From a virus (taxonomy: Duplodnaviria; Heunggongvirae; Uroviricota; Caudoviricetes), in IMG/VR virus record IMGVR_UViG_2713896907_000002, positions 1-28,746 of that record: 28,746 bases of DNA. One strand, written 5' to 3'. The notes beneath the pieces are model-generated. The model was not told where the DNA came from, made no database searches, and saw nothing but the letters and a program-made list of their open reading frames with translations. The position numbers and the translations under genes are program-made. Positions 16,186 to 25,422 of this stretch are shown here, one piece after another (the first letter of the stretch is position 1; each line of letters starts with the position of its first letter).

Positions 16186-18656
16186 CAGAATCCCCCAACA
16201 GTAAAGCGAGGAATAACGGCAAGAACAGACAGCGGCAACGGGTCAAGCTGACGGATTTTTACACGTCCGTTTTTTCCCCAGTTACTGTCAAGTTTCACTT
16301 CTACTTTTCCGGTAGCGTCATCAACAGGATCATCGTAGAACTCGAATTCACGCTGTGGATATTCGTACCATTTACCGCCGGGCGTAGTCGCCCAGATGCC
16401 GCGACTGGCATTCACAACCAGAGTAACGGACGGGATCACCTGTTTTTTGTCCAGCAGCGTTTCCTGTCCGTTAATGTTGATATCCAGTGTTTCGAATTCA
16501 GCAGTTATTGGCAGGCCGATGTGCACTACAGCCCCCGGAGATTCCAGCGTGACTTCACCTCCGGAAACCACTTTCTGTGGTTCCACGTTCGCATCAGAGA
16601 GAATGTTTACGGTCTGGCCTTCAAGATGAGACAGGCCTCCAAATGTCCGGCGCGCCATCTGCCAGTTCGTGGTGGCCACATTCCTGAGGGATGGCGGGAC
16701 GTTCCTGTTAGCACGAACCACTACAGCGGTATTGCTGGTTACAGAAATAATGTCGCAACGTAATTCTTTTGACACTTCATCGCCAGTATCAGGAACAGTT
16801 CCGGTATAAGGGAACTGTAGTTGCGCACCGACATCACTACTGGTGAAGTACGCACCACCAGAAACACTGATTGTATATTCCGCGCGGTAATCCCATTCGC
16901 CAGAACCACCAGTGATTGTCATCGTTCTGTCAGACATATTTCTTCCATCATAGCTAAGGCCAGAATCAACAAAGAAAGCGTCTTCATCGCTGGTAAATAA
17001 ACGGCTGGACAGTCTCTCGATGTATCTCACTGTTTGCCCGTTAACGGTTCGGTTAACGACGAAATACACCGCATCTTCATTGCCTTCGCTGATACTGCAT
17101 GTGCTTTCATATTTTCCGGTACTGGATTGTGGTGCCCATGCAAAAACCTGCTGATCACGCAAATAGGTCATCACCAGTAATTTACCGTCATCACGAATGC
17201 AGAAGGCGCTGGAGTAAGGGACAATAGAGAAGCACCAGTCAACAATGCTGTGCTTCTGAAAAAGATGATTGGCAAGGATAGTAAGGTCGTTCCCCTGATA
17301 TCCGTCAACATCGAATGAGTAGGCCAGATCACGTACAACACTGCCTTTCTCCTGGACGAACAGAGCAATATTCGCCACAGCAATTGGTGTGACGTTGCTT
17401 GAGCCATTTGATCCCTGAGAGCTGAATGCAAATGATGATGGGGTTAACACTTTGTTCTGGTCGCCGGTGATGACGTACTCACCTCCGGAAGTCAGCGCCA
17501 CCAGCGAACCAACATCAATCAGGTGGCGGATCTCATTAACCTGACGCCCGGCATAGGTGTAGATAATTCTGTCGTCATCCTGCGTAGGATTGCTTTTGCC
17601 AAAATCCTTATAATCCCCGGTACGGCTGGCCCAGATAGTCTGAGGGAACGCAGTCGATGCGGCGAAGTAAAGACGTTGTTGATAATAAACAACAGTGCCA
17701 GGATAACCATTAACACTGTTCCAGGCATATTTAGCCCATTTATAGCTGGCATTATCCTCGCCAACGACCTGCGAAGGGATATAGGAAATCACCTCGGCAG
17801 TTGCAGTAGTGCCGTTTACAGCAGTGATACGGGCAATGCCAAACCCACTGTGCAGATACTCCCACTCAATGCCAGTATCATCATCACCGGATCCGCCCCA
17901 GCCATCCCATGATGTGCCTTCTGTATGCGAAGGGCGCAAAGTGCCTGTTTTGCCTGCTGTAACGGCGCGATAGTAGTTACTGTCTGCACGGCGAATATCG
18001 CCAATCGATGTACTCTTACTGGTTTCCCATACCGGCACTGAATCCACTGCAGGCTGTTCCAGATAGAACAATTTGCCTACCTGCTCCGCGCCAAAAATAG
18101 AGGCGCTTGCCGTTAACGTAATTGTCCCGGTGCTGGCGCTGGCATAAACCGTCACTGACTCGTCAATATTGATATCTTCAAATGGCCCGTTCTTCGTTAT
18201 CACATCAACCAGTTGCCAGTTGTCATGCGCATAGCGGCGCAACTCCTTCGGCGGGTATGCCGGGTGAACCAGCGTAAGCACGTCTGCGCTTTGCGTGAAT
18301 TTAATTCGGAACAGATCGGCTTCAGTATATGGCGTGGCAATTTCATAAATAACATTGCTGCTGTTCAGCACCAACGCACCATCTTTGATAACGCGCATGT
18401 ACTTGTGTCCGAACTCCAGAGCATAGGTCTGAACCGTCGAGAACTGGAACGGGATCAGACGGCATTTCCGATTTGGGTATTTGGCGGCACCGACAAAACG
18501 CGTACCAGGTCGATTCTCAACGCCGCCATACTGCCGCACGATAAAATTATCGCACTTGCGCAATGCCACCTGGTACTTCGCCATGTCGATACGTCCGTAC
18601 AACGACGGTCCAATCTCACCACCAGCAAAGCTGGGCTGGATCCAACTGATAGCCAT
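16185..18656 (-). CDS. Tail tubular protein B (nozzle), T7 gp12-like, 823 aa
   Basis: N-terminus MAISWIQPSFAGGEIGPS resembles T7 gp12 MALISQSIKNLKGGISQQ. Size and position directly after the gp11-like gene match. Confidence 0.65.
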   Translation of the reverse strand: MAISWIQPSFAGGEIGPSLYGRIDMAKYQVALRKCDNFIVRQYGGVENRPGTRFVGAAKYPNRKCRLIPFQFSTVQTYALEFGHKYMRVIKDGALVLNSSNVIYEIATPYTEADLFRIKFTQSADVLTLVHPAYPPKELRRYAHDNWQLVDVITKNGPFEDINIDESVTVYASASTGTITLTASASIFGAEQVGKLFYLEQPAVDSVPVWETSKSTSIGDIRRADSNYYRAVTAGKTGTLRPSHTEGTSWDGWGGSGDDDTGIEWEYLHSGFGIARITAVNGTTATAEVISYIPSQVVGEDNASYKWAKYAWNSVNGYPGTVVYYQQRLYFAASTAFPQTIWASRTGDYKDFGKSNPTQDDDRIIYTYAGRQVNEIRHLIDVGSLVALTSGGEYVITGDQNKVLTPSSFAFSSQGSNGSSNVTPIAVANIALFVQEKGSVVRDLAYSFDVDGYQGNDLTILANHLFQKHSIVDWCFSIVPYSSAFCIRDDGKLLVMTYLRDQQVFAWAPQSSTGKYESTCSISEGNEDAVYFVVNRTVNGQTVRYIERLSSRLFTSDEDAFFVDSGLSYDGRNMSDRTMTITGGSGEWDYRAEYTISVSGGAYFTSSDVGAQLQFPYTGTVPDTGDEVSKELRCDIISVTSNTAVVVRANRNVPPSLRNVATTNWQMARRTFGGLSHLEGQTVNILSDANVEPQKVVSGGEVTLESPGAVVHIGLPITAEFETLDININGQETLLDKKQVIPSVTLVVNASRGIWATTPGGKWYEYPQREFEFYDDPVDDATGKVEVKLDSNWGKNGRVKIRQLDPLPLSVLAVIPRFTVGGF

Positions 18657-19261
18657 CAGGACAACCTCGCAATGGTAAACTCATCAACCGGTGGCTGTGG
18701 TTCCTGTGATTCATTCTGGCTATGCGAGCCAGCACTAAGAATCACGCGATTGTACATATTGAGGGCAAACGTACCGAGGTCTGCATTCCCAGTCAGCGCC
18801 ATGTTAATAGCTGCCGCAAGACGCCAGGCCAGCGCCTCCATAAAAATGGCATCAAACATGTTCACATCTGTAACGCGAGAGACATACTTGAGCCATGCCT
18901 GCGGCTGGTCTGTGTAGATCAATTTTCCTGTTCCGTTGGTGTCTGCACCAACTTCGTACTGAACGCGCATTGCTGCTGTTGGATTACGTACACCAGGAAG
19001 CATAATTTCAGTAATGCGCAGACAATCGGACGGGTACTGGTACGCATATTCCCAGTCAGGCGGTGGATTGCTCGTATCTGCAAGCTCCACGCGTTTGGTA
19101 GCAAAGTTCCAGTCAAAATCAGAAAGAACAGCATCACGGCAGGCCTCAAAGTGCAGCGAACATTCCCCCGCTTCCTTGCTGGCTTCCGTCAGGCTGTTAA
19201 TGCTGCGGCTGTTGCCAATATTGGACAGCGCACGATTGCAGATCTCTACTACAGAGGCCAT
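18656..19261 (-). CDS. Tail tubular protein A (gatekeeper/adaptor), T7 gp11-like, 201 aa
   Basis: ATG start. The N-terminal region (...CNRALSNIGNS...SLTEASKEA...WNFATKRVEL) parallels T7 gp11 (...NDILASIGEP...TLEGDANAD...WTFNIEEGITL). The 201-aa size is close to T7 gp11 (196 aa). Confidence 0.65.
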   Translation of the reverse strand: MASVVEICNRALSNIGNSRSINSLTEASKEAGECSLHFEACRDAVLSDFDWNFATKRVELADTSNPPPDWEYAYQYPSDCLRITEIMLPGVRNPTAAMRVQYEVGADTNGTGKLIYTDQPQAWLKYVSRVTDVNMFDAIFMEALAWRLAAAINMALTGNADLGTFALNMYNRVILSAGSHSQNESQEPQPPVDEFTIARLS

Positions 19262-19584
19262 TACTCCCCCCCATTGCCGTACAGAGTTTCAGCCGCTGAT
19301 TTTTCTACATCCCCGGAAACAGGAGCGATCGCCATATCAGTGATCTGCAGATCGGCGCTGCGATTAACACCATCGTCAGTTTCTCTGGCAGACAGGCCTC
19401 GAATAACAGCCTTTGCAGTTATCATCACTTCTGTTCCGACGCCCTGAGGTTGCGCCTTCAGCTTATTCAATGTGTCGTTATTCAGCGTGATGCACAGCCC
19501 CCACGGGTATTCATCGCGAGTTCTGGTTTCTCCGCTCTCATCCTGGTAGCTGTCAGTGCCGGTTTTGAGGTTTACGAGTTCCAT
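19261..19584 (-). CDS. Hypothetical head-tail module protein (about 107 aa)
   Basis: Track ORF starts at GTG 19590; the ATG at 19584 is preceded by AGGAG with a 5-nt spacer. Confidence 0.5.
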   Translation of the reverse strand: MELVNLKTGTDSYQDESGETRTRDEYPWGLCITLNNDTLNKLKAQPQGVGTEVMITAKAVIRGLSARETDDGVNRSADLQITDMAIAPVSGDVEKSAAETLYGNGGE

Positions 19585-19600
19585 ATACACTCCTGCAATA

Positions 19601-19618
19601 AAGGGGCCGAAGCCCCTT
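19601..19618 (-). promoter_or_regulatory. Intra-operon stem-loop with UUCG tetraloop (on the minus-strand transcript)
   Basis: AAGGGGC-CGAA-GCCCCTT on the plus strand, a 7-bp stem. Sits in the 44-nt gap between two minus-strand genes, just upstream of the GGAG Shine-Dalgarno of the 107-aa gene. Confidence 0.4.
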
Positions 19619-19634
19619 GTCTGATTCGCGAGGC

Positions 19635-19970
19635 TTACACGCCCAGTTCTTTACGCTTATCTGCGATCTTCTCGCGGAGCGTTTCTGCTTTGGCGTTATG
19701 GTGTGGCTTCTCGTTAAAGAGCAATTCGTACTCTTCACGGAGCTTATCCAGTTCACCATCATCTGACGCATCGTTGATGATTTTGGTGCTGGTTGCTGCC
19801 ATTGACACCTTTCCTGCAACTTTTGCTTTTGCCTGTCTGGCTGCATCGTTAACAGGTTCCAGTGCGCTACCAGGCTCACCTTCGTATTCGATTTCTGCTC
19901 CCTCCGGCCACAGTGTGTTATGGATATGAGAGAGGCGCAGAACGCGGTATCTTGGTTTCTCACCAGACAT
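19635..19970 (-). CDS. Hypothetical head-module protein (about 111 aa)
   Basis: Track ORF starts at GTG 19979; the ATG at 19970 is preceded by AAGGTGA. Confidence 0.5.
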   Translation of the reverse strand: MSGEKPRYRVLRLSHIHNTLWPEGAEIEYEGEPGSALEPVNDAARQAKAKVAGKVSMAATSTKIINDASDDGELDKLREEYELLFNEKPHHNAKAETLREKIADKRKELGV

Positions 19971-19980
19971 CGATATCACC

Positions 19981-20418
19981 TTAACCAGTTATTTTTGAGC
20001 GGATCGGGTACGGTGTATTGGCATCAACATCCAGACTGATACCCGCAGTGAATTTGCCGGCCGTTAGTGGGCCAGTTGCGACGGAGTAGTTAACACGCAA
20101 ATATCGCTGAACACCGGCAGGCACCTTTGCAGAGACAACTCGTTTACCTGCTGTCAGGGTGGCCTTTGCCAGTGCGCCACTATCATAAATAGTGGTCCAA
20201 GAGCTGTTATTCTCACTCGTCTGCAACTGGATGTTTACAGTTGCCTCACCACTTGCCGTGGCGGCTTCGTTAACCAGCGCCCAAAACTCAAGCGGGTAAC
20301 CCACGCCGATATCGCGACGGTTTCCATCAATTGGGCCGAGATCGATTACGTCAGTAGAAGCCGCGGTATCAGTTACCGCCTGTGCTTCGGAGAACATCAA
20401 CAGTTTGTCGGTGATCAT
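19981..20418 (-). CDS. Hypothetical protein, 145 aa, possible capsid decoration/accessory protein
   Basis: ATG start with GGAGAAAG Shine-Dalgarno. Ala/Thr/Gly-rich beta-type composition, immediately downstream of the major capsid gene. Confidence 0.45.
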   Translation of the reverse strand: MITDKLLMFSEAQAVTDTAASTDVIDLGPIDGNRRDIGVGYPLEFWALVNEAATASGEATVNIQLQTSENNSSWTTIYDSGALAKATLTAGKRVVSAKVPAGVQRYLRVNYSVATGPLTAGKFTAGISLDVDANTPYPIRSKITG

Positions 20419-20433
20419 CTTCTTTCTCCATTA

Positions 20434-20453
20434 GTGGGTCTGTTACGACCCAC
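20434..20453 (-). promoter_or_regulatory. Stem-loop immediately downstream of the major capsid gene
   Basis: GTGGGTC-TGTTAC-GACCCAC, a 7-bp stem, between the capsid gene stop (20470) and the next gene start (20418). No U-run follows, so likely a partial terminator or mRNA-stabilising hairpin. Confidence 0.4.
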
Positions 20454-20469
20454 AGGTTAATAACAGGCG

Positions 20470-21456
20470 TTACACCACGCGGGCTTCTGTTTCCAGAAGC
20501 GCATCAGTTTCACGGATTGGTACACCACGGAATGAAGTCCACCACTCGCCTTCAGTCTCTTTTACGCTGATAGCCAGAGATGTTTTCTCCAGAGACTGCA
20601 GATCAAGAGCCTGGCCTACAGTGCGGTTCATGTAGAACACCGGGCGGCCCATGCCACGGTTTGGAATGCGATGCAGTGCTTTAACCATCAACTTCGCAAT
20701 ATTTGCGGCAGAGGAAGGTTCTGAAAGATTGCTGACATCGATGTTTGCAATGCGAACAACATAACGCCAGTCACGCAGAACAAGTCCGTTGTCCCATTTG
20801 TAATGGGTGCGATAGCCTTCGTACTTGCCGCCATTAGCATCTTCCAGTGTCACCTGGCCTTTATCTTCCATCTGAATGCCAGCCTTCTGCCCTTTCGGGA
20901 AGATGCCATGCACGGTGTTTTCTCCCCACACTACTAACCAGATTGAGGTGTTATCTGTACCCGTGCCACCAGCATCAATGATGTTCTGAGCATTACCCGC
21001 AGACAGGCTGGAATAGCGGGAGGACAGTCCCATAAACTGCTGAGGGTTAACGCTGGAATCACCATAAAACAGCGTCTGCGCCATCTGCTGATTCATCGCT
21101 TCAATAAATGCGCGGTCTTCAGACAGGCGGAATTCGGCGGTATTACCGTTCAGATCAGCCAGTGACTTATCGACTTCAGCATAGGTTTCCAGCATGCCAA
21201 CGGAGTCGGTGACCTGCACTGTGGTTGATTTGCTTGGCTGTACGCCATAGTTCAGCAAACGCCAGGTAGCTGAAGGTAAACCAGAACGAATGGTGGTTCG
21301 GTGTCCGGTAGGAAGGTTCCCTTCGACAAAAGGCATATCCTGAAGGATCGGGTTAGTTTTACCGAGAAGCTCGATAATCTTATCGACTTTCCCGTTTTGA
21401 TCGACGCGCTTACCCCAGTCAGCCAGCGTTAGCGCAGTTAAGCCTTTAACAGCCAT
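20470..21456 (-). CDS. Major capsid protein, 328 aa
   Basis: ATG start with GAGG Shine-Dalgarno. Size and position directly after the scaffold gene, followed by a stem-loop, match a T7-like head module. Assigned by context, not by a recognised motif. Confidence 0.7.
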   Translation of the reverse strand: MAVKGLTALTLADWGKRVDQNGKVDKIIELLGKTNPILQDMPFVEGNLPTGHRTTIRSGLPSATWRLLNYGVQPSKSTTVQVTDSVGMLETYAEVDKSLADLNGNTAEFRLSEDRAFIEAMNQQMAQTLFYGDSSVNPQQFMGLSSRYSSLSAGNAQNIIDAGGTGTDNTSIWLVVWGENTVHGIFPKGQKAGIQMEDKGQVTLEDANGGKYEGYRTHYKWDNGLVLRDWRYVVRIANIDVSNLSEPSSAANIAKLMVKALHRIPNRGMGRPVFYMNRTVGQALDLQSLEKTSLAISVKETEGEWWTSFRGVPIRETDALLETEARVV

Positions 21457-21470
21457 TGTTATTTCCTCTC

Positions 21471-22166
21471 TTATTTGCCATAGAGCACTTCGGCCGCACT
21501 ACGCTGGCCTTCATTACCACCGGTGACCATGCCATCTTCAGACATCGCCTTTCCGATTTTCACGAACGTTTTGACCAGATCAGGGTGATTACCCAGTCCG
21601 GTTGTGTTCAGATATTCTTTGAGTTCAGGTGTCCCGAACTGGTCAAGCGCACGCTGTGCGGCGCTAAGGTTAGAAATCAACTTGTCGCCACCGATTTCTT
21701 TGTCAGCTTTTACATCAGCAGCCCACTGCTCGGTCGTTTTCTGCCAGGCTTCTGCCTGACGCTGCTGCACACCTACCAGAATCTTCGGATAAGCATCAAC
21801 CAGCTTTTGCGCTTGCTCGTTGGTCAGGTTAAGTTCTCGCGCTACCGGCTCGAATTCCTTCAACGCATCTGTATCCAGCTCTACGCCTTCGGCAGCATGA
21901 AATTGGTACTTCTCCGGCGCACCATCTGGTTTATCGCCGTCCTTTTTTTCATCCTGCTTATCGTTTTCAGGCTTTTTGTCATCAGCAGGTTTATCGCCAT
22001 CAGCAACAGGTTGTGGCTTATCACCTTCCTGTTGTGATGGATCACCAACTGGAGCAGGGTTATCACCTGCAGGCGCTGACGGTTCTGACGCAGCCGGAGC
22101 TGCTCCACCATCGACTGGTTGCTCATTGCAAAGACGGCGATACAGCAAACGCTCAAATAAATTCAT
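21471..22166 (-). CDS. Scaffolding protein (about 231 aa)
   Basis: Track ORF starts at GTG 22172; the ATG at 22166 is preceded by AGGAG. Highly acidic, Pro/Asp/Lys-rich low-complexity N-terminal region and a helical C-terminus. Lies between portal and capsid genes. Confidence 0.6.
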   Translation of the reverse strand: MNLFERLLYRRLCNEQPVDGGAAPAASEPSAPAGDNPAPVGDPSQQEGDKPQPVADGDKPADDKKPENDKQDEKKDGDKPDGAPEKYQFHAAEGVELDTDALKEFEPVARELNLTNEQAQKLVDAYPKILVGVQQRQAEAWQKTTEQWAADVKADKEIGGDKLISNLSAAQRALDQFGTPELKEYLNTTGLGNHPDLVKTFVKIGKAMSEDGMVTGGNEGQRSAAEVLYGK

Positions 22167-22168
22167 GA

Positions 22169-22465
22169 TCACTCCTGTTCACTGGCCTCTTTGGCCATCT
22201 TCAAATACTGTTCAGGGCAATGCGCCATAACGCGCTGAAACAGTTCCAGCGCCAGATTGCGTTGCCCCTCATTAAATGCCATTGCCATAGCGTCCATCGG
22301 TGAGATAACGGAAAACACACGGCCTTTCTCCAGCACCGACCAGACAACGCGACGCCCCTGTTCACTGCTCATGACAAAGCGAATGTCATCAATTTCACGC
22401 TGTGCCATGTCACGTTGCTTACGGGCGTTTTCTTCTTTCAGTTGATCGTCTTCGTAATCTGTCAT
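22169..22465 (-). CDS. Hypothetical protein, 98 aa
   Basis: Overlaps the portal gene stop by 4 nt. Charged helical protein of unknown role. Confidence 0.45.
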   Translation of the reverse strand: MTDYEDDQLKEENARKQRDMAQREIDDIRFVMSSEQGRRVVWSVLEKGRVFSVISPMDAMAMAFNEGQRNLALELFQRVMAHCPEQYLKMAKEASEQE

Positions 22466-24141
22466 TGTGATTGCCCACCCTGACCACTAACTGCATTCGC
22501 CATAGCTGACAAAACACTCGGATCCGAAGTTTTAGCTTCGCTTAGCGTCTTGGCACCCTGTGCCGCCGCCATCCCCATCGCCATCATTTGTTGCTGCTGT
22601 TGCTGCTGTGCCCGTTGCTGGCGAGCCTGCTCAACCTGTTCCTGCGGAACAATGACGGTTGGAGACACTCCGGACATATCAGCGAATGCATCGATCGCCT
22701 GATCAACGTTGAGTTTGTCGAGAGCTTCTGGTTTCGCTTGCGCAAGTTGACCAATGAAGTTAACCGTGGACGCCAGACTGGACAGGCCGATAGACTTCTG
22801 CGCCTGAGCCATGACGGAAATGTATTCGACCTTCAGGGGCATGCCTTCCATCGCGTCAGGCGGTGGCGGAAGCATGTTTTTACGCACCATCATCGAGAAA
22901 GCGCGGTCAATGAGAGGATTAAGACATTCGTCGTTCAGACGCTCCAGAACCGGCCCCAACATCAGAAGTTTTTCTTCTTTCATTTCGATCACCGCTTCAA
23001 CAGGCATCGAGCGGGTATTGATGTTCTGTAACATCATGAACAGATCGACAAAGTAGGCGCTGTTAATGATTTGACGAGTGTCCTGAATGTCTGCCACCAA
23101 ATCTGCTGTACTGGGGTTAACCAGATAAGCAGGCCTGAAACCATCCTGACCAGTAATCTGATCGATATACGTGATGTCGCCAGGAAGAAGGGAGGCACGC
23201 TGATTCTTGAGGGAAGTCGGAGCAACCATCGGCGGATTGGTGGCTTTATCAATCAACTGCGACTTGCGCTTCTGGAGAAGCTGCAATGCCTTAACAGGTC
23301 CAAGCGCCAGCATGCCCGGGCATGATGATCCATAAACATCTTCGCCGTTAACTTCCCAGCGCGGAGCCATAATTGGAAACTCATCGAATCCGGATTCACG
23401 TAACAACTTGTCGTTGTCGCCGCCAACCTCGTAATAAACCGATTTGAATGGCTTGTTCTTGCTATCCAGCTTCGATGTATCGCGGTCAATGTTCGGGTAA
23501 ACCGAATGCATAACTTCAATCCACTTCTCGTAGGTGCCGCTTTCCCACATGCTTTTTACGGATTCGCTAACGTTATTTAGCCCGAACTCCTGAACAAGCT
23601 GACGAACAGTCATAGAGAACTTGCGAAAACAGGTGTCCACACTGCCACGAGGTGAGTTAGCCAGGTAGTAACTGCCTATCGGGAATGGCATTGTGCGAAT
23701 GATGTCCTCGTCATCCTCCAGCACCGCCATTGCACCAGTGCTGTATGTACCGAGGCTTCCGTATAACTGCGGCAGCGACTGGTAGAGATTCGACTTATTG
23801 AACATATCGTTCATGCGGTTCTGCACCGCCTCAAGCCACAACTTAACAGGTCCATAATCCATCATTTCAGGATCTGGCGTAGCCAGGCGAAACCACGGAC
23901 GCGCGGGGCTTGTGATGCCTGACATCATGCCGCTGGCGAGAGTGCGCGCCGCCATAGTCCCGGTCGAATCAATAATGCGTGTATTGCGCCGATCGTTACG
24001 GTTGACCTCAGAAGTCAGAAAGCGGGAACCACGCGGGTTGATGTAATCACTCAACTCGCGCCAGTGCGGCTCGAACGACTGACGCTCGCTTTCAAGTTGT
24101 GCGAACTGTTTGTTCAATCGCTCTTTAGTTGTTTCCGCCAT
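22462..24141 (-). CDS. Portal (head-to-tail connector) protein, 559 aa
   Basis: ATG start with GGAG. Size and position downstream of the terminase match a portal. C-terminus carries a poly-Gln / Met-Ala-rich tail. Confidence 0.75.
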   Translation of the reverse strand: MAETTKERLNKQFAQLESERQSFEPHWRELSDYINPRGSRFLTSEVNRNDRRNTRIIDSTGTMAARTLASGMMSGITSPARPWFRLATPDPEMMDYGPVKLWLEAVQNRMNDMFNKSNLYQSLPQLYGSLGTYSTGAMAVLEDDEDIIRTMPFPIGSYYLANSPRGSVDTCFRKFSMTVRQLVQEFGLNNVSESVKSMWESGTYEKWIEVMHSVYPNIDRDTSKLDSKNKPFKSVYYEVGGDNDKLLRESGFDEFPIMAPRWEVNGEDVYGSSCPGMLALGPVKALQLLQKRKSQLIDKATNPPMVAPTSLKNQRASLLPGDITYIDQITGQDGFRPAYLVNPSTADLVADIQDTRQIINSAYFVDLFMMLQNINTRSMPVEAVIEMKEEKLLMLGPVLERLNDECLNPLIDRAFSMMVRKNMLPPPPDAMEGMPLKVEYISVMAQAQKSIGLSSLASTVNFIGQLAQAKPEALDKLNVDQAIDAFADMSGVSPTVIVPQEQVEQARQQRAQQQQQQQMMAMGMAAAQGAKTLSEAKTSDPSVLSAMANAVSGQGGQSQ

Positions 24142-24155
24142 TTCAATGACTCCGG

Positions 24156-24362
24156 TTACTGACCAAGCAGCGTCTTACCGCTGGTATTAGCGGTTGATGT
24201 GTCGCCCTGAGAACCGGTAAGCAGCGTAGAACTACGACCAGCAGCAGCGCGACGGCGACGTGTTTCTTCGTCGCGGGCATCAACAACGGCGGCATCCTGC
24301 TCCTGTGGTGCTGCCTGAACTTCTGGTGTTGCAGGCACTGATGGTGAGCTACCCATGCACAT
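24156..24362 (-). CDS. Hypothetical small protein, 68 aa (uncertain)
   Basis: ATG start. Its upstream 11 nt, GGAGTCATTGA, are identical to the portal gene translation-initiation region. Low-complexity Ala/Arg/Ser-rich composition lowers confidence. Confidence 0.3.
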   Translation of the reverse strand: MCMGSSPSVPATPEVQAAPQEQDAAVVDARDEETRRRRAAAGRSSTLLTGSQGDTSTANTSGKTLLGQ

Positions 24363-24452
24363 ATCAATGACTCCGTACGCAATTAAATTATTACCAATTT
24401 AACCATATATGATTTATTTATCGTAGACAGTTGACATTTAACGCACGAATTA

Positions 24453-24467
24453 TTACCTTTCAGGTAA
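24453..24467. promoter_or_regulatory. TTACC-N5-GGTAA palindrome (perfect)
   Basis: TTACC TTTCA GGTAA, about 100 nt upstream of the portal-side operon start (minus) and upstream of the tRNA island (plus). A TTGACA hexamer lies at 24431-24436. Confidence 0.5.
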
Positions 24468-24788
24468 CCAAAGAGTTCATTCCGGTTACTAACCTGACTG
24501 GCTTGTCGTTAAATTGAACAGGTGGAGTGAGCTTTTATTTTGAGCAGTACGGCGTATGGCACATGCGCCGATAGCGGTCTGGATACGTTTAAGGGGCACC
24601 CTCCCTTGCTCGGGCAAACGAACCAGGTAGCCGGAATGTGCAAGTCGAGCGGTTTTATTCCGCGCACAGGGTTCACCATCCCGGCGATTCGGTGTGACAC
24701 CTCGGAAGAGACGAGGGTACAACGATGAGAGCATTTATGGAGCCGCGACAAAGTGTGGTGCCTTAACAGGCTAAGTTCTCTCAGCGTT

Positions 24789-24865
24789 GTGGCATTAGAT
24801 CAGTTGGACAGAGCAACCGCCTTCTAAGCGGTTGGTCGCAGGTTCGAATCCTGCATGCCGCGCCA
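24789..24865 (+). tRNA. tRNA-Arg (anticodon UCU), phage-encoded, with encoded CCA
   Basis: Manual cloverleaf: acceptor GTGGCAT/ATGCCGC (one G-U pair), D-arm GATC-AGTTGGAC-AGAGC (one A-G mismatch), anticodon stem ACCGC/GCGGT with loop CTTCTAA, T-arm GCAGG-TTCGAAT-CCTGC, discriminator G, then CCA. Closely resembles enterobacterial argU. Confidence 0.8.
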
Positions 24866-24908
24866 GAATCACGCCTAAGGACCGTGATGCCAGAAGTTCC
24901 AGGGGCTT

Positions 24909-24950
24909 GGCGGTGATGGTTTCCCTTGAAGGACTATCACCGCCCTTTTT
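24909..24950 (+). terminator. Rho-independent terminator candidate after the tRNA
   Basis: GGCGGTGAT (24909-24917) pairs with ATCACCGCC (24936-24944) around an 18-nt loop, followed by CTTTTT. Confidence 0.45.
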
Positions 24951-25028
24951 ACAGCAGGACGCCATTGCGATGACTTCATGCTGTAAACCAGTACAGCCAC
25001 GGAAGGCATAACTCATAGCTTCCAGTTC

Positions 25029-25052
25029 GCCCGGTTCGCCGGGCATTTTTTT
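25029..25052 (+). terminator. Rho-independent terminator (UUCG-loop hairpin plus T7 run)
   Basis: GCCCGG-TTCG-CCGGGC followed by A and TTTTTTT (25046-25052). Confidence 0.65.
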
Positions 25053-25122
25053 ACTTGAATTTTACCCTCAACAAACCAACATAGAACTTGGCATTTGCCA
25101 TAACTTTCACAAGGAGTCAGCC

Positions 25123-25422
25123 ATGAATGGTTGGAATAGAAAAAAGACTCAATATTTAGCTGAGTGCATCCACGAACACGAAAAAGCCGACGGAGTAACC
25201 TACGATCCTAACGGTATGGTTAGCTACTGGAACACAAAATATAACCTCGTTCCTGCTGAACAGTTGCCAGCATTACAAAATCAGGTATCTCTCGAATTAG
25301 AAGCTCTACGCGGTGCTGAGACTAACCATGTAACAATTAGCAACATTGGTGCCGCTAAGTTTGGATTCGACTCTGTAATAGGGAATCATCTACCTAACTT
25401 CGATCCGGAGCCAGTTAAGTAA
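25123..25422 (+). CDS. Hypothetical protein, 99 aa (plus-strand moron between terminase and portal)
   Basis: ATG start preceded by AAGGAG with a 7-nt spacer. Opposite strand to the surrounding structural operon, co-located with the tRNA island. Confidence 0.55.
   Translation: MNGWNRKKTQYLAECIHEHEKADGVTYDPNGMVSYWNTKYNLVPAEQLPALQNQVSLELEALRGAETNHVTISNIGAAKFGFDSVIGNHLPNFDPEPVK

Noticed and set aside
22462-22560. Poly-glutamine / Met-Ala-rich C-terminal tail of the portal protein as a separate feature
   Set aside because: Low-complexity flexible C-terminal tails are common in portal proteins; nothing suggests an independent element or slippage-prone repeat array.
24470-24788. Possible second tRNA, tmRNA or RNase P-like RNA in the long leader upstream of tRNA-Arg
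   Set aside because: No acceptor / T-arm cloverleaf could be built, and there is no resemblance to tmRNA or RNase P conserved regions. Retained only as an unexplained non-coding leader.
24795-25046. Minus-strand 83-aa ORF overlapping the tRNA and its terminators
   Set aside because: It is antisense to a well-formed tRNA and two terminator hairpins; coding is very unlikely.
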